DNA from: Chiloscyllium plagiosum
Lineage: Eukaryota
Direction of reading: 5' to 3'
Assembly: GCF_004010195.1 (NCBI RefSeq)
Contig: NC_057718.1
Coordinates: 15,431,407-15,466,092 of the forward strand
DNA length: 34,686 nt
Position 1 is the first letter of the stretch; each line of letters begins with the position of its first letter. Under the pieces are notes generated by a model, which saw nothing but the letters and a program-made list of their open reading frames with translations, did not search any database and was not told the origin of the DNA. The position numbers and the translations under genes were made by a program. Shown here in pieces: positions 33,506-34,686 of this stretch.

Positions 33506-33928
33506 TCAATTGTGGGTCTATATTCCATATTAAAAACAACAGCAACTATGTGTCACCATGATGCACTCAAATAAGCATGTAGCCCACAATTTAGCTCTGA
33601 AGAGCCAAAGAAACTTATTACATCCAACCAGAAAGCACTAACTTGTATAGGAGAAATGTGCTGAGGCTATTAACTCAACCTGTTCCACCAACTGAGGAGA
33701 TTATGGCTGATCTGCAATCAAACCATACATTTCCTATACCCTTTTGAACTTTACATGGGTATACTACAGTTTAAAACAGATTCCAACAGTTACAATTTCT
33801 GGAACAGTCCCAAACTGCTATCTAAAGAACTTGTGTAAAGAAATATTTATTAATTACATCCCTGCACACTGGCACTGCTTTTGATGCCATGCACTCTAAT
33901 CCAGACTTACCAACCAGAGAAAACTCAA

Positions 33929-34295
33929 TTAGACAATAGGTGCAGGAGTAGGCCATTCTGCCCTTCGAGCCTGCACCACCATTCAATATGATCATGGCTG
34001 ATCATCCTTAATCAATATCCTGTTCCTGCCTTATTTCCATAACCTTTGATTCCACAATCCTTGAGAGCTCTATCCAACTCTTTCTTAAATGAATCCAGAG
34101 ACTGGGCCTCCACTGCCCTCTGGGGCAGAGCATTCCACACAGCCACCACTCTCTGGGTGAAGAAGTTTCTCCTCATCTCTGTCCTAAATGGTCTACCCCG
34201 CATTCTTAAGCTGTGTCCTCTGGTTCGGCACTCACCCATCAGCGGAAACATGTTTCCTGCCTCCAGAGTGTCCAATCCTTTAATAATCTTATATG
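33929..34295 (-). mobile_element. Relatively young CR1 3' end, broken by a PLE
   Basis: Open minus frame GECRTRGHSLRMRGRPFRTEMRRNFFTQRVVAVWNALP plus an intact 3' UTR. Confidence 0.9.
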
Positions 34296-34304
34296 ATAAT
34301 CTTT

Positions 34305-34686
34305 AATAATCAGAAATATACACAGACAAAGAAGAAACCATGATATCATTCGACGTGACGGCACTGTTCACTTCGATTGACAAAACCCTAGCCAGAGAAA
34401 CAATAGCCAACCTACTGGACATACAGAACAGAAAACAGGACGCTGAACCTATCAACAAAGACGGCATACTTAAACTACTGGACTTGTGCCTCACAACACA
34501 CTTCACATTCAACAACCAGATATACGAACAAATCAACAGAACACCCATGGGATCACCAATCTCGGGACTCATAGCAGAGGCAGTTATGCAAAGGTTAGAA
34601 CAAACAGTCCTACCACAAATTCAACCCAAACTCTAGGTCAGATATGTCGATGACACGTTTGAAATCATTAAAAACACGGAAATAGA
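34305..34686 (+). mobile_element. Penelope-like reverse transcriptase fragment running off the window
   Basis: SFDVTALFT, TPMGSPIS and L*VRYVDDTF motifs. One TAG at 34634-34636, probably from TGG. Confidence 0.92.

Noticed and set aside
1..34686. CRISPR array, prokaryotic operon or SCCPDH first exon
   Set aside because: No regularly spaced repeat-spacer array, no dense intronless genes, no CpG island, and no SCCPDH-like peptide seen.

Overview
This is eukaryotic, repeat-rich vertebrate DNA, most likely from a cartilaginous fish (inferred from HE1-like V-SINEs, HER1/CR1-type LINEs and Deu-domain SINEs). It holds the 3' ends of two convergent spliced genes that the ORF track largely misses. 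On the + strand are the last two coding exons of consortin (CNST; 10661-10790 and 13170-13369), plus a candidate in-frame 48-nt cassette exon at 4615-4662. On the - strand are three coding exons (29438-29301, 25361-25283, 25186-25016) of a divergent TMEM179-family membrane-protein gene whose first exon is not in the window. The rest is intronic or intergenic and is dominated by decayed CR1 LINEs, tRNA-derived SINEs, one solo LTR and more than ten Penelope-like element (PLE) insertions. Many of the PLEs carry minimal hammerhead-ribozyme motifs, fold-back ends and 11-15 bp target-site duplications (TSDs). A 416-N assembly gap lies at 9868-10283. There are no prokaryotic systems, CRISPR arrays, rRNA or true tRNA genes. 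I see no wholly new system. The best leads are the TMEM179-like paralog beside CNST, the candidate CNST cassette exon and the hammerhead-bearing fold-back micro-insertions. Gene and repeat family names come from recalled sequences, not searches, and TE boundaries without TSDs are approximate.
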